From Candidatus Hydrogenedentota bacterium (GTDB lineage: Bacteria; Hydrogenedentota; Hydrogenedentia; Hydrogenedentales; SLHB01), in NCBI GenBank assembly GCA_045863295.1, contig BTWA01000043.1:1-52734 (forward strand): DNA of 52,734 nt, in the 5' to 3' direction. The translations under genes and the position numbers were made by a program. Under the pieces are notes generated by a model. It made no database searches. It saw nothing but the letters and a program-made list of their open reading frames with translations, and was not told the DNA's origin. Shown piece after piece: positions 1 through 9,000 of the stretch; the stretch's first letter is position 1; every line of letters begins with the position of its first letter.

Positions 1-19
1 GTTTAGGTAGAGTGCTCAT
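1..19 (-). CDS. 5' end of a gene running off the left edge (MSTLPK...)
   Basis: ATG at 19-17 preceded by an AAAGG RBS, with an AT-rich promoter-like region at 60-150. Only 6 codons are visible. Confidence 0.4.
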
Positions 20-163
20 GAGGGCGCCTTTCTCACGTTTCTGGAACAACCCGAGCCATCACTTAATGTATATATTGTATCATATCATATAATTTTATAT
101 AGAACAAAATGCATTATGCCGTAACTCATTTACAAACAATGTGTTACAAGATACCCCCAAACG

Positions 164-201
164 AAATCGCCCCGAAAGCAGCATGCGTCTCAGGGCGATT
201 T
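164..201 (-). terminator. possible hairpin/terminator downstream of ohr
   Basis: AAATCGCCC (164-172) pairs with GGGCGATTT (193-201), just past the ohr stop. The 20-nt loop is large. Confidence 0.35.
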
Positions 202-228
202 TCAAGTAATTTGAGATGAATCGATCCG

Positions 229-651
229 TCAAACAACCGTCAGGGTTACATCGATATTGCCACGGGTCGCGTTGGAATAGGGACACACGATGTGTGCTTT
301 GTCGACAAGCGCCTCGGCTTGCGCCCTCTCCAACCCGGGCAGCGAGATGCGCAGTTCCACTTCTATGCCAAAGCCCGTGGGAAGTGTCCCAATGCCGACA
401 CTGCTCTCAATGGCGGCATCCGGCGAAATCGTAATCTTCTCCTGTGCCGCCACAAACCGGATTGCGCCAAGAAAGCACGCGGAATACCCGCAGGCGAAAA
501 GCTGCTCTGGATTGGCGCCCCCTCCCGAGCCCCCCATTTCCTTGGGCACAGCCAACTTCACATCGACAACCCCATCGGAAGAAACCGCCCGGCCATCCCG
601 GCCGCCGGTGGCTTTGGCATGCGCGGTATACAATACTTTTTCGAGCGACAT
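229..651 (-). CDS. ohr: organic hydroperoxide resistance protein (OsmC/Ohr family)
   Basis: Motifs LYTA.A.ATGGRDG, NPEQLFA.GYSACF and AH.VCPYSNA contain both catalytic Cys. AAGGAG RBS. Confidence 0.95.
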   Translation of the reverse strand: MSLEKVLYTAHAKATGGRDGRAVSSDGVVDVKLAVPKEMGGSGGGANPEQLFACGYSACFLGAIRFVAAQEKITISPDAAIESSVGIGTLPTGFGIEVELRISLPGLERAQAEALVDKAHIVCPYSNATRGNIDVTLTVV

Positions 652-759
652 GGCAACTCTCCTTGCGTCATAGGATCACCCAGGTCTGAATCGTGAAAGG
701 TATACAGCGGAGTGAACACCCTCGCGGGACAATGTATTCACTCAAGCGGTCGGCCAACT

Positions 760-2565
760 TCAGTGCGTGGGTTGAAAACGGTAATTCCAGCGCCGGTTGG
801 GCGCGCTGTCGCCGTTCACGCCCAACTCCGACACATCGGCAAAGGATTGAATGTTGTCGGCCCAATGAAAATCGAACTCAGGATCGGACTTCGTCAAACC
901 AACGGCTTCACGGGAAACACAGAGTTCCAAGCCGTTACCATTGACTCGGTATTCCGCCTGCCCCACAGTCGCCCAGGTACCCGACGTCCAAGAGGCAACG
1001 GAACATTTCCCGTCCCCCAAATCCTGCGCGTTCAACAGGAAATCATACCCCAACCAGCCGGTGGCGCCGTTCCGATCGGTATCCATGAGTAATAGCATCC
1101 AGTGCTCGCCTTCGCGCAAAGTAATGGACTTCAAAGTCTGCGCGAAAAAGTATATGTGACCTTCATCGTATGTGGCCTTGGACAATACAAAATCGTTCCG
1201 TCCAGTGGTATTCGTATAGTGAATCTCGCCGTATCCCAAATGATCGCGATGGGTCACATCGCCGATGGTGTCGCGATATTCGTTCTTGACGGCCGTCCAA
1301 TCGTCGAATTCGCCGTCGATGGCCATACCGGGAACGGCAGCGGCCGGCGGCAATTCACGTACCCCTTTGAATCGTCTGACCCAACTCGCAAGTTGATAAT
1401 AATAATTGTCCGTGTGCCCACCGCGCATCGGTTCGCAGTCGCGGCTGTATTCCTGCGTGTACTGATCGATGAACAAGCCGCCGGGATAGTACGCATCCGC
1501 GTCTGTATACGTACTCCACTCGGTGTACCGGCCGGCTACCCATTCATTCCATCCGGTGACAAATACGAATTTAGGATTCAGTTCCATCGCCCGTGTCCAC
1601 TGCTCTTCAAAATTCAAGCCGAGATTCACCGCGCCCTCACGGTTGTCTTTGCTCCCGTTGTGCCAGCTACGGCCCATCGCGCCTGCCTTGTGACTCATGG
1701 GCGCGGGCCCCGGAGTGTTTGGCAACGCATTCTGCGCAACGCCCACACTGACTTGCTCCACTTCGCCCTGGCTGTTCAAGAACGGATGTTGGGGATACAC
1801 TTCCAACCAACTCCACTGATTCGGTCCGCTTGGCCCAATCCAGTAATCAGGCATGGGACGGCGAAAGGTGAAGAACTCGATCATCGCAGGATCTTTGACG
1901 AAGTCCCGATTTGCCAGGATAAACGGCTTGCCTTCCCACGTGAACCAAAGGTCCTTCCACAAACCCGGTTGGTAGAGGTCTTTCCACACCCGCGCAATCA
2001 CTTCGGTGGGATCCCAAAACGGAGTGATAAAACCGATGGCGGGCGTGCGAGCCCCTTCGGCGCGCATGGCTGTGTATTCGACGCACAACGCTTCGTATTC
2101 GTCTTTCCAGGTGTGTGGTGGATTGGTGGTGTCGAACAATACGACATCGATGCCCGCATCCATGAGCATGCTGGCGTGCTTGCGGATAACAAACGGATCG
2201 GTCATCCGGTAATAGCCCAACTCCGGCTCGCCCCAATGGTGCGGCGCCCCGTGCGCCGACCATTCAATGGTGGCCGAGTCACCCGCCTCCGCGATAATCC
2301 GAGTGTTGTCATTGGGCCCGCCGTTACTGGGAACGTGCCACGTCCAATAGAATATGCCAACCTGTTTGTCCTTCCGCACCGGTCCGGTCTCGCGAATGCC
2401 GGGTTGCGTCCTGCCAAGGGCGTCAGTTGCTACCCACGTATCGGCGTAGGTATCGCCGCCGGTATACGGGGCGCCTTCGAACGGCTCCGCGATCGCAATG
2501 GTGAGGTATGACGTGACGAAGCTGCAGCAGACAAAGAGTAATGAATACAGCCGCGGTTAGTTCAT
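760..2565 (-). CDS. secreted glycoside-hydrolase-like protein (GH71/GH99-like barrel), with an in-frame TAA at codon 3; possibly disrupted
   Basis: ORF 760-2379 continues in frame upstream through DTWVATDALGRT and a signal peptide to ATG 2565, but codon 3 is TAA (2559-2557). Paralog of 23408-25402 (shared HWGEPE.GY, WNEW.AG, FIDQY, TDNYY.Q, GDSAPNRR.NYR). Confidence 0.75.
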
Positions 2566-2616
2566 TCGAATGCCTGTACTTTCCATTTGGGAAGCGATTG
2601 GATGCCAGTGCGATTC

Positions 2617-2913
2617 TCAAATTTCCCTGGCATCGTCCGTGGGGTTGTCCCACTCCTCATCAAAGAGTTCCCGAATGCGTTCAAGGACTTCGTCGTGATC
2701 ATAGCCATTATTCGCATACGCGTTCGCGGCATGACGGGCCACGTCCACGAGCATAAGTCCCCAGGCCCCGGGATCCTTCCAAGTCGGTTGCAGGGAAACC
2801 TGCTGGGTATCGCCGGGGATAGCCCAGACACGCAGTATTTCGACCGCGTCGGGATTCGTCGATGCCACCGGCGGCGGCTCCAGTGCGTTCCTGTTTTCCT
2901 TCCGGCCAAACAT
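2617..2913 (-). CDS. DUF5076-family small protein
   Basis: A.EILRVW, W.DPGAWGLMLVD.ARH.ANAY and an acidic C-terminus. AGGAGG RBS before ATG 2913. Confidence 0.8.
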   Translation of the reverse strand: MFGRKENRNALEPPPVASTNPDAVEILRVWAIPGDTQQVSLQPTWKDPGAWGLMLVDVARHAANAYANNGYDHDEVLERIRELFDEEWDNPTDDAREI

Positions 2914-2967
2914 GCATGCCTCCTGCGCATCGTCCGTGCGAACGGGCAAAGTGCACTGACGATCGCC

Positions 2968-4305
2968 CTACAACCCACGCACCTTCCAGCCTTTGCGGTA
3001 TTTCCTGCGAAGGTATTTGTTGGCGTCGGAGTTGTTGGTGAATTTGAGTTTGTCCGCATTCCATTCCAGCGTCTCGCCGGGAAACCGATTGGCGACATTG
3101 GCCAACAAGACCGCCTCCGCCATCGGACCGGCAAAATCGAAATTGGATCCCGGTTTAATGCCGCTGCCCAAACAGGCGTCCACAAACTCGTGGTAGTGAT
3201 TCTTGGGCTCAAGTTCGGGCTTGGGATAACTGGCGAATTTCTCTTCGGGAAATAGCTTTGGTTCGGCCACGTGAGGAATCAACAACGTCCCGTCTTCGCC
3301 GATCAGAATCGAACCGCTGTTCGGCAATTCGTACCCCGCTGGAATATGGGGTGACAAACTCACATCGGGCTTTTTCCCTCCATCGCGCCAAGTCGCCGCG
3401 ATGGTCTTCCCTGACGTGAGGGCGGTTCCAGGAAAAAGATAATCCGCGATAATCCATAGCGGATAGACTTCCTCGCTCACGCATTCCGCTTCGCATTTGA
3501 TCTGGGTCGGCTGGCCAATATCCAACGCCGAATAGACCGGATCAAAAATATGGCAGCCAAAATCACCGACGGCGCCGCCGCCAAAATCGCGCCAGCGGCG
3601 CCACCAGAACGGATGATATGCCTCCGCTTTGTAGGGCCGGACAGGGGCCGTGCCCAGCCACAAGTCCCATTCCACCGTTGGGGGCACCACATCCCACCCC
3701 TGGGGCCGTTTCTTATCCTCCGTCGTGAAAACAGCCGCACTCCAAGAGTGCCATTCTTTCACTTTGCCAATGGCCCCCTCTTTCACCCAATGCACTGCCG
3801 TTCGGTAGAACTCGTGCGAGTGAATCTGATTGCCCATCTGCGTCACAACGCCTTTCTTGTGCGAAGCCAACCGCACCTGCCGCGCTTCGTACACGTCGTG
3901 CGTCAAGGGCTTCTCGCAGAATACATGCTTGCCTTTTTGTATTGCTGTCATGGACGCCGGGGCGTGTGTGTGATCCGGGGTGCCGACGTTGACGGAATCG
4001 ATGTGGTCTTCCTCGGCTTCCAACATCTCGCGCCAGTCGCGGTAAAGGCGGGCGTTTGGATATTGTTGCGCGGCTTTGTCGAGGTTGTTTTTGTCAATAT
4101 CGCACAGCGCCACCACATCGACCTTTTCGCTGCTGTAGATCATGCCCAAGTCGTAGGCGGCCTGTCCGCCCACGCCAATGGAAGCATGTTGCAGTCGGCT
4201 GGACGGCGGAGCCGCCAGGCTGAGCTTCGGAAAGATGAACGGTCCGGCCAGCGAAGCGGCGCTAACTGACTTGAGAAACGTGCGGCGAGAAACTGGTCTG
4301 GTCAT
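2968..4305 (-). CDS. Tat-exported Gfo/Idh/MocA oxidoreductase
   Basis: SRRTFLK Tat motif, IGVGGQ Rossmann fold, TPDHTH, CEKPLTH, WDLWLG, GDFGCH. GGAG RBS before ATG 4305. Confidence 0.9.
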   Translation of the reverse strand: MTRPVSRRTFLKSVSAASLAGPFIFPKLSLAAPPSSRLQHASIGVGGQAAYDLGMIYSSEKVDVVALCDIDKNNLDKAAQQYPNARLYRDWREMLEAEEDHIDSVNVGTPDHTHAPASMTAIQKGKHVFCEKPLTHDVYEARQVRLASHKKGVVTQMGNQIHSHEFYRTAVHWVKEGAIGKVKEWHSWSAAVFTTEDKKRPQGWDVVPPTVEWDLWLGTAPVRPYKAEAYHPFWWRRWRDFGGGAVGDFGCHIFDPVYSALDIGQPTQIKCEAECVSEEVYPLWIIADYLFPGTALTSGKTIAATWRDGGKKPDVSLSPHIPAGYELPNSGSILIGEDGTLLIPHVAEPKLFPEEKFASYPKPELEPKNHYHEFVDACLGSGIKPGSNFDFAGPMAEAVLLANVANRFPGETLEWNADKLKFTNNSDANKYLRRKYRKGWKVRGL

Positions 4306-4445
4306 GATGAAGACTCCATGTGTACCGAAAGTCCGCCCCCAAGCGGCAACCGGGAGAAAGCAGGAACCACGATCCGGCGCTCCCGAATCCCGTTTCAATG
4401 TACTTCAAAGGTGGGATCGCGCTCAATCAGGCTGAGATGCCTCAA

Positions 4446-6233
4446 CTAGAATGACCAAACCAACGGGATGATGGTTATCGCGCAAGCGCATACGATCAAG
4501 TCAAGCAATAACCCAATCCTCAGAAAATCGGTAAACCGGTAACCTCCGGGACCGTACACCATCAAATGGGTCTGATACCCTATGGGAAGTGCAAACGCCG
4601 CCGACGCGGCAATGGTCACGGCAATAACAAACGGTTTGGGATCAGCGCCAAGATTGTCCGCCATTTTGACGGCGAATGGAAACATCAAAACCGCGGCGGC
4701 ATTATTGCTGATCAGTTCCGTGGCAATGTTGGTCATGAGATAGATAATGAACAACAAAGCGATCGGCGACCATGCGGCAGCATTCGGTACAATCGCATGG
4801 CTGACCGCTTCGACCAGTCCCGAAGACTCCATCGCGCTGCCTATGGCAAACGACGAGGCAATCGTGATAAGCGTCTGCCAGTCCACGCTACGGCGCGCAT
4901 CCACGGCCGATATACAGCGCGTGACCACCATCAGCCCCGCAATGACCAAGGCCGCGATGGCCGTTCCCCACTGTTCGGACACCAGCAGCACAACCAGAAA
5001 TCCAAGCAGCACCAACGACAGCGTGGAACGTTCGTGCCGGACCGGACGGGAGTCTTCAACATCGCTGACCAGAAAGAAATCGGACTTGTCCCGGTGCGCG
5101 CGTGAAAAGTGGGGGCCTGTCTGCAGGAGTATCGTGTCGCCATTGCGCAACACTATATCGCCGACCCGGCCCTTCAGACGTTCGCCGCCTCGATGCACGG
5201 CGATGACCGCGGCGTTGTACATGGCACGGAAATTCGCGTCGCGGATGGTCTTGCCCACAAGCGGCGATCGGCTGGAAACCACGGCCTCGCAGAGCATACT
5301 TTCGCGGCGTTTCCGGGCTTCCGCCTCATACCCTTCGTCCGCAACCGGTACCAATCCGGGTATTCGCTCTAGATCAACAATAGTGGCAATACTTCCCGTG
5401 AAGGCGAGTATATCCCCTGCCTCAATGAGCTGATCGGGACCCACTGGAGAGATGACGTGCTTGCCTCGAACGATTTCGACGAGGAACAGGCCCGGGAGGT
5501 GGCGCAATCCAGCTTTCTCCACACCCTGGCCTGCCAGACGGCAATCCGGCTGCACCAGCATGTCCACCATGTACTCCCGCATGGTTTCGCTGACGCTGTC
5601 CAATAAGTCCTTGCGTTCAGGCAATAGCTTCGGCCCGGCAAAGATCAGGTAGGCCGATCCGAGAATCAGACACGGCACCCCCACCCATGCCAATTCAAAG
5701 AGGGTCATGGGAACTAGATCCGGGCGCGTTTTATGCGCGTCGGCCAATAGACCGTTCACCACGATGTTGGTGCTGGTGCCGATTAACGTGCAGATGCCAC
5801 CGAGAATGGTCAGATACGAAAGCGGAATCAAAACACGGGAAGGCGAAACCCGGTGCCTGCGGCACCAACTCACCAGAATGGGCAACAACATGGCCACAAC
5901 CGGCGTATTGTTCATAAACGCCGATATGCCCGATGCAACAAAACTCATCCGCAACATCACGGAACGTTCATTGTTCGCCTTGCCAAGAAGTATCCGGCCC
6001 ATGTGTTCGAGCGCACCGGTTTCCTTGAGCGCGGCCGCGACAACGAATAAGGCCGCAACCGTGACCATGCCCTCGTTGGAAAACCCGGACAATGCTTCTT
6101 TCGGAGTAATGACGCCCGCGACAGCAAGAACAACGGCACCGCCCAACAACAGTGCGTCGGGCGCGACCTCTTTGGCCAGCCCGACGAATATGAGCGCAAC
6201 GACGCCCAGTGTAAACCAACCGTGCCAATCCAC
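4446..6233 (-). CDS. SLC13/DASS-type permease with two TrkA-C (RCK-C) domains
   Basis: SAFMNNTPVVAM, LGG.CTLIGTSTN, TELISNNAAA and PIGYQT.LMVYGPGGY.F.DF, with central soluble RCK-C repeats. Confidence 0.9.
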   Translation of the reverse strand: MDWHGWFTLGVVALIFVGLAKEVAPDALLLGGAVVLAVAGVITPKEALSGFSNEGMVTVAALFVVAAALKETGALEHMGRILLGKANNERSVMLRMSFVASGISAFMNNTPVVAMLLPILVSWCRRHRVSPSRVLIPLSYLTILGGICTLIGTSTNIVVNGLLADAHKTRPDLVPMTLFELAWVGVPCLILGSAYLIFAGPKLLPERKDLLDSVSETMREYMVDMLVQPDCRLAGQGVEKAGLRHLPGLFLVEIVRGKHVISPVGPDQLIEAGDILAFTGSIATIVDLERIPGLVPVADEGYEAEARKRRESMLCEAVVSSRSPLVGKTIRDANFRAMYNAAVIAVHRGGERLKGRVGDIVLRNGDTILLQTGPHFSRAHRDKSDFFLVSDVEDSRPVRHERSTLSLVLLGFLVVLLVSEQWGTAIAALVIAGLMVVTRCISAVDARRSVDWQTLITIASSFAIGSAMESSGLVEAVSHAIVPNAAAWSPIALLFIIYLMTNIATELISNNAAAVLMFPFAVKMADNLGADPKPFVIAVTIAASAAFALPIGYQTHLMVYGPGGYRFTDFLRIGLLLDLIVCACAITIIPLVWSF

Positions 6234-6417
6234 TGACTACTTCCCCGAATGCCGAGTTCTATGTCGTGATTTCGCCTGTTTGCAATTGCCCGCTTCTGGC
6301 GCCACTCCTGACCGCCCTGAATCAAAACGGGAGTCTATCATGCGAGTATCGAGGCCACAAATCTGAGCGAACCCGTCGCCAATTGCCGTCCTTGAGCGCG
6401 CCACATGCCACAATGGT

Positions 6418-7812
6418 TTAGAGCCGGTTGAAGCCATTCAGCGCGGCCACGCGGTACGCCTCGGCCATCGTCGGATAATTGAATGTCGTGTTGATGAAAT
6501 ACAGAAGCGAATTGGCATCGCCCTTCTGCGACATGACCGATTGGCCAATATGTATGATCTCCGATGCGTTCGATCCAAAACAGTGTATGCCCAATATGGC
6601 AAGGGTTTCCCTGTGAAAGAGCAATTTGAGCATGCCCACGGTCTGGCCGGTGATCTGTGCGCGTGCCAGGCTTTTAAACGACGCATTGCCCACTTCATAG
6701 GGGACTTTGTTCTTGGTTAGCTCCCGCTCCGTCTTGCCCACTGAACTGATCTCGGGAGACGTATAAATGCCGGTCGGAATATCGCGAATCAGTCCCTCTT
6801 CTTCGTTTCCAAGAATTACAGTCGAAGCGTACCGGCCTTCGACATAGGCAGCGCTGGCAAGCGCGGACCGGCCGGCCACGTCCCCTGCGGCATAAACGCC
6901 CGGCACTTCTGTTTGGAAGCGATCGTTTACCTGAATAAGGTCCCGCGCATTCGGCTTTATGCCTATGGACTCAAGATTCAGATTGGCAACATTACCCGAT
7001 CGCCCGTTCGCCCAAAGCAATACATCGGATTTGATCTGCTTGCCCGACTGCAAATGAAGTACCACTTCGGAATCACGGCCTTCTATTTGCGCGTAGGATT
7101 CCATATGCCGAATCAACATTCCGCGATCGCGTAAATGATAGCTCAACGCGTCCGTGATCTCATCGTCCAAAAACTCCAGCAAACGCTCACGCGTATTCAC
7201 CAGGTTCACTTTGCAGTTCAGATTGCGGAACATCGCCGCATACTCGCATCCAACCACGCCCGCTCCATAAATCGTAATGGTCCGCGGGGTGAAATCAAGG
7301 GAAAGTATCGTGTCGCTGTCAAAGATCCGCGGATGACTGAAGTCCACATCCGCGGGACGAAACGGTTTCGAACCCGTGGCAATCACAACGGCGTCACCGG
7401 TCAATTCAAACGCCTCGCTTTCAGAAGGCGTAACCAACAACCGATGAGGCTCCGCAAATGAAGCGGTCCCTCTGAAAAGCTCTACTCCGTTACGTTCATA
7501 GAAGCTCGAACGCATGGCAACTTGCCGGGCAATGACCGAAGCCGCGCTCTTCCTGAGTTGGGGAAACGACAAGTTCAAACAAATCCCAGCATCGCAAAAC
7601 AATGGGTTGTTGTTCGCGGAAGTCATGACGTACACCGCATAGCGCAACGCCTTGCTGGGAATCGTCCCCAAATGGGTACAACTCCCCCCCACCTTTTCCA
7701 TGCGCTCCACGACCCCGACGGTCTTGCCACCTTTAATGGCCTGCATGGCAGCACCTTCACCGGCCGGACCTGTACCGATAACGAGCACGTCAAAATGATG
7801 TGTTGAAGTCAT
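6418..7812 (-). CDS. sthA: soluble pyridine nucleotide transhydrogenase
   Basis: [11 protein letters not shown] site, [27 protein letters not shown] and C-terminal [21 protein letters not shown], typical of SthA/UdhA. Confidence 0.93.
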   Translation of the reverse strand: MTSTHHFDVLVIGTGPAGEGAAMQAIKGGKTVGVVERMEKVGGSCTHLGTIPSKALRYAVYVMTSANNNPLFCDAGICLNLSFPQLRKSAASVIARQVAMRSSFYERNGVELFRGTASFAEPHRLLVTPSESEAFELTGDAVVIATGSKPFRPADVDFSHPRIFDSDTILSLDFTPRTITIYGAGVVGCEYAAMFRNLNCKVNLVNTRERLLEFLDDEITDALSYHLRDRGMLIRHMESYAQIEGRDSEVVLHLQSGKQIKSDVLLWANGRSGNVANLNLESIGIKPNARDLIQVNDRFQTEVPGVYAAGDVAGRSALASAAYVEGRYASTVILGNEEEGLIRDIPTGIYTSPEISSVGKTERELTKNKVPYEVGNASFKSLARAQITGQTVGMLKLLFHRETLAILGIHCFGSNASEIIHIGQSVMSQKGDANSLLYFINTTFNYPTMAEAYRVAALNGFNRL

Positions 7813-7934
7813 TCTAGCGGTGGACCCCCTACCGTTGACCAACCCCTTTGCAGCGCGAAAACGGTACCATGCTCAGGCGGCGGGTACAAACTGACTTCGG
7901 ATTGCAAACGAGTCATGACCGGCCAGAACTGCCA

Positions 7935-7980
7935 TGCCCACCCTTGCACATCTATGCGCACACATGAGCACTTTTGTCCA
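7935..7980 (+). promoter_or_regulatory. putative enhancer boxes for a sigma54 activator (bEBP)
   Basis: TGCCCA-N4-TGCACA (7935-7950), TGCGCA-N4-TGAGCA (7955-7970) and TGTCCA (7975-7980), phased at 20 bp and lying about 80-125 bp upstream of the -24 box. Confidence 0.5.
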
Positions 7981-8006
7981 AACAATCAAACCGCCACTCC
8001 TCCACT

Positions 8007-8031
8007 CAAATACTTGATATTAAATAGCTTA
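8007..8031. promoter_or_regulatory. IHF-type binding site
   Basis: The reverse strand of 8007-8019 reads TATCAAGTATTTG, an exact match to WATCAANNNNTTR. It lies between the enhancer boxes and the sigma54 promoter. Confidence 0.6.
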
Positions 8032-8058
8032 GATGGTGAAAAATTCACAATGCCGCCT

Positions 8059-8074
8059 TGGCACTTGTCTTGCT
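8059..8074 (+). promoter_or_regulatory. sigma54 -24/-12 promoter
   Basis: TGGCAC-TTGTC-TTGCT has canonical TGGCAC-N5-TTGC spacing and lies ~110 bp upstream of ATG 8187. Confidence 0.75.
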
Positions 8075-8186
8075 CTTTCCCAAATAGTGTCTTGCCGCTT
8101 GGACGGGGGAAGCGGTGTCAAGAGGCAGCCGCCTCAGTCGCCAACCCACCACCATCGCGACCAACATGAGGTTTCCAAACTGAACT

Positions 8187-8948
8187 ATGAACTCCTATCT
8201 CTACCTCACCATCATACCGGAGGCCCTAGTCGCTTCCATGATACCGCCCGAGGAATTCGGGCCGTATGTAACCTCCGGCTCGCGGAAGTGCTTCCACGGG
8301 CGAACCCTCTTCTTTGAAGTCGATCCGAAAAAGCTGCCGGACTACTTCGACCTGTCCTTGATCAATACCTTGTGCAACCATCCCGACGGAAATCCAAAGA
8401 GATCCCTTACGATTTCCCTGTATCGCGTACTGGAAAACATTCCATTGAATGCTTTGGGGCGTCTTTTCCTGGTTACTCGGGATGGCCGCTACATTGCAAT
8501 CGATCCCAAATCCTACGAAAACCATGCGAAGAACCAACTGCGCCTCTACCAGGAACTGTGCCCCATTCGGCCAACCGTCGTCAGCAAACTGCAGCCGGAC
8601 GCGTTCAGGGCATTCATGACCAACCCGAAATCACCGGTACACGTGCCCAAACTGCTGTTTGCCGATCTATTGTTGGGACAAATCGCCGATCCCAAATCCG
8701 ATGTCTCCGTGGGATCGCTTCCCTATGCCGACATGGGCAACATCCGCGACGCCGTGGCCATTCTGAACAAGGCCAACCGGGACACCCTGGTCGTCGATCG
8801 CGCCCACTCCAGTGATTTCTTCTACAGAACCATCGATGAAGGCTTCTTCGTGGGCGATGGCAAAGATCTAATCCACTATCCGTTCCCATCGCGTGAAGAG
8901 CGGGAAGAATCGCTCCATGCGTGGTGGCGTTCGGCCGAAATCTCGTAA
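8187..8948 (+). CDS. hypothetical protein with an internal two-fold repeat
   Basis: 253-aa soluble ORF. The halves YLYLTIIPEALVASMIPPEEF and LRLYQELCPIRPTVVSKLQPDAF are related. Lies 52 bp upstream of hppA. Confidence 0.85.
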   Translation: MNSYLYLTIIPEALVASMIPPEEFGPYVTSGSRKCFHGRTLFFEVDPKKLPDYFDLSLINTLCNHPDGNPKRSLTISLYRVLENIPLNALGRLFLVTRDGRYIAIDPKSYENHAKNQLRLYQELCPIRPTVVSKLQPDAFRAFMTNPKSPVHVPKLLFADLLLGQIADPKSDVSVGSLPYADMGNIRDAVAILNKANRDTLVVDRAHSSDFFYRTIDEGFFVGDGKDLIHYPFPSREEREESLHAWWRSAEIS

Positions 8949-9000
8949 CCGAACTTAACAGTACTGCGTCGTATCGCCGTACACTCTAAAGAGGGAAACC

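Noticed and set aside
652..759. OhrR operator upstream of ohr
   Set aside because: No clear AT-rich OhrR palindrome and no ohrR nearby. Only a weak GAGTGAA/TTCACTC repeat is present.
1102..2511. 469-aa plus-strand ORF
   Set aside because: Antisense shadow of the GH-like gene, with no motifs. Expected from GC-rich codon bias.
2562..3212. 216-aa minus-strand ORF overlapping Gfo and DUF5076
   Set aside because: Alternative frame over two better-supported genes.
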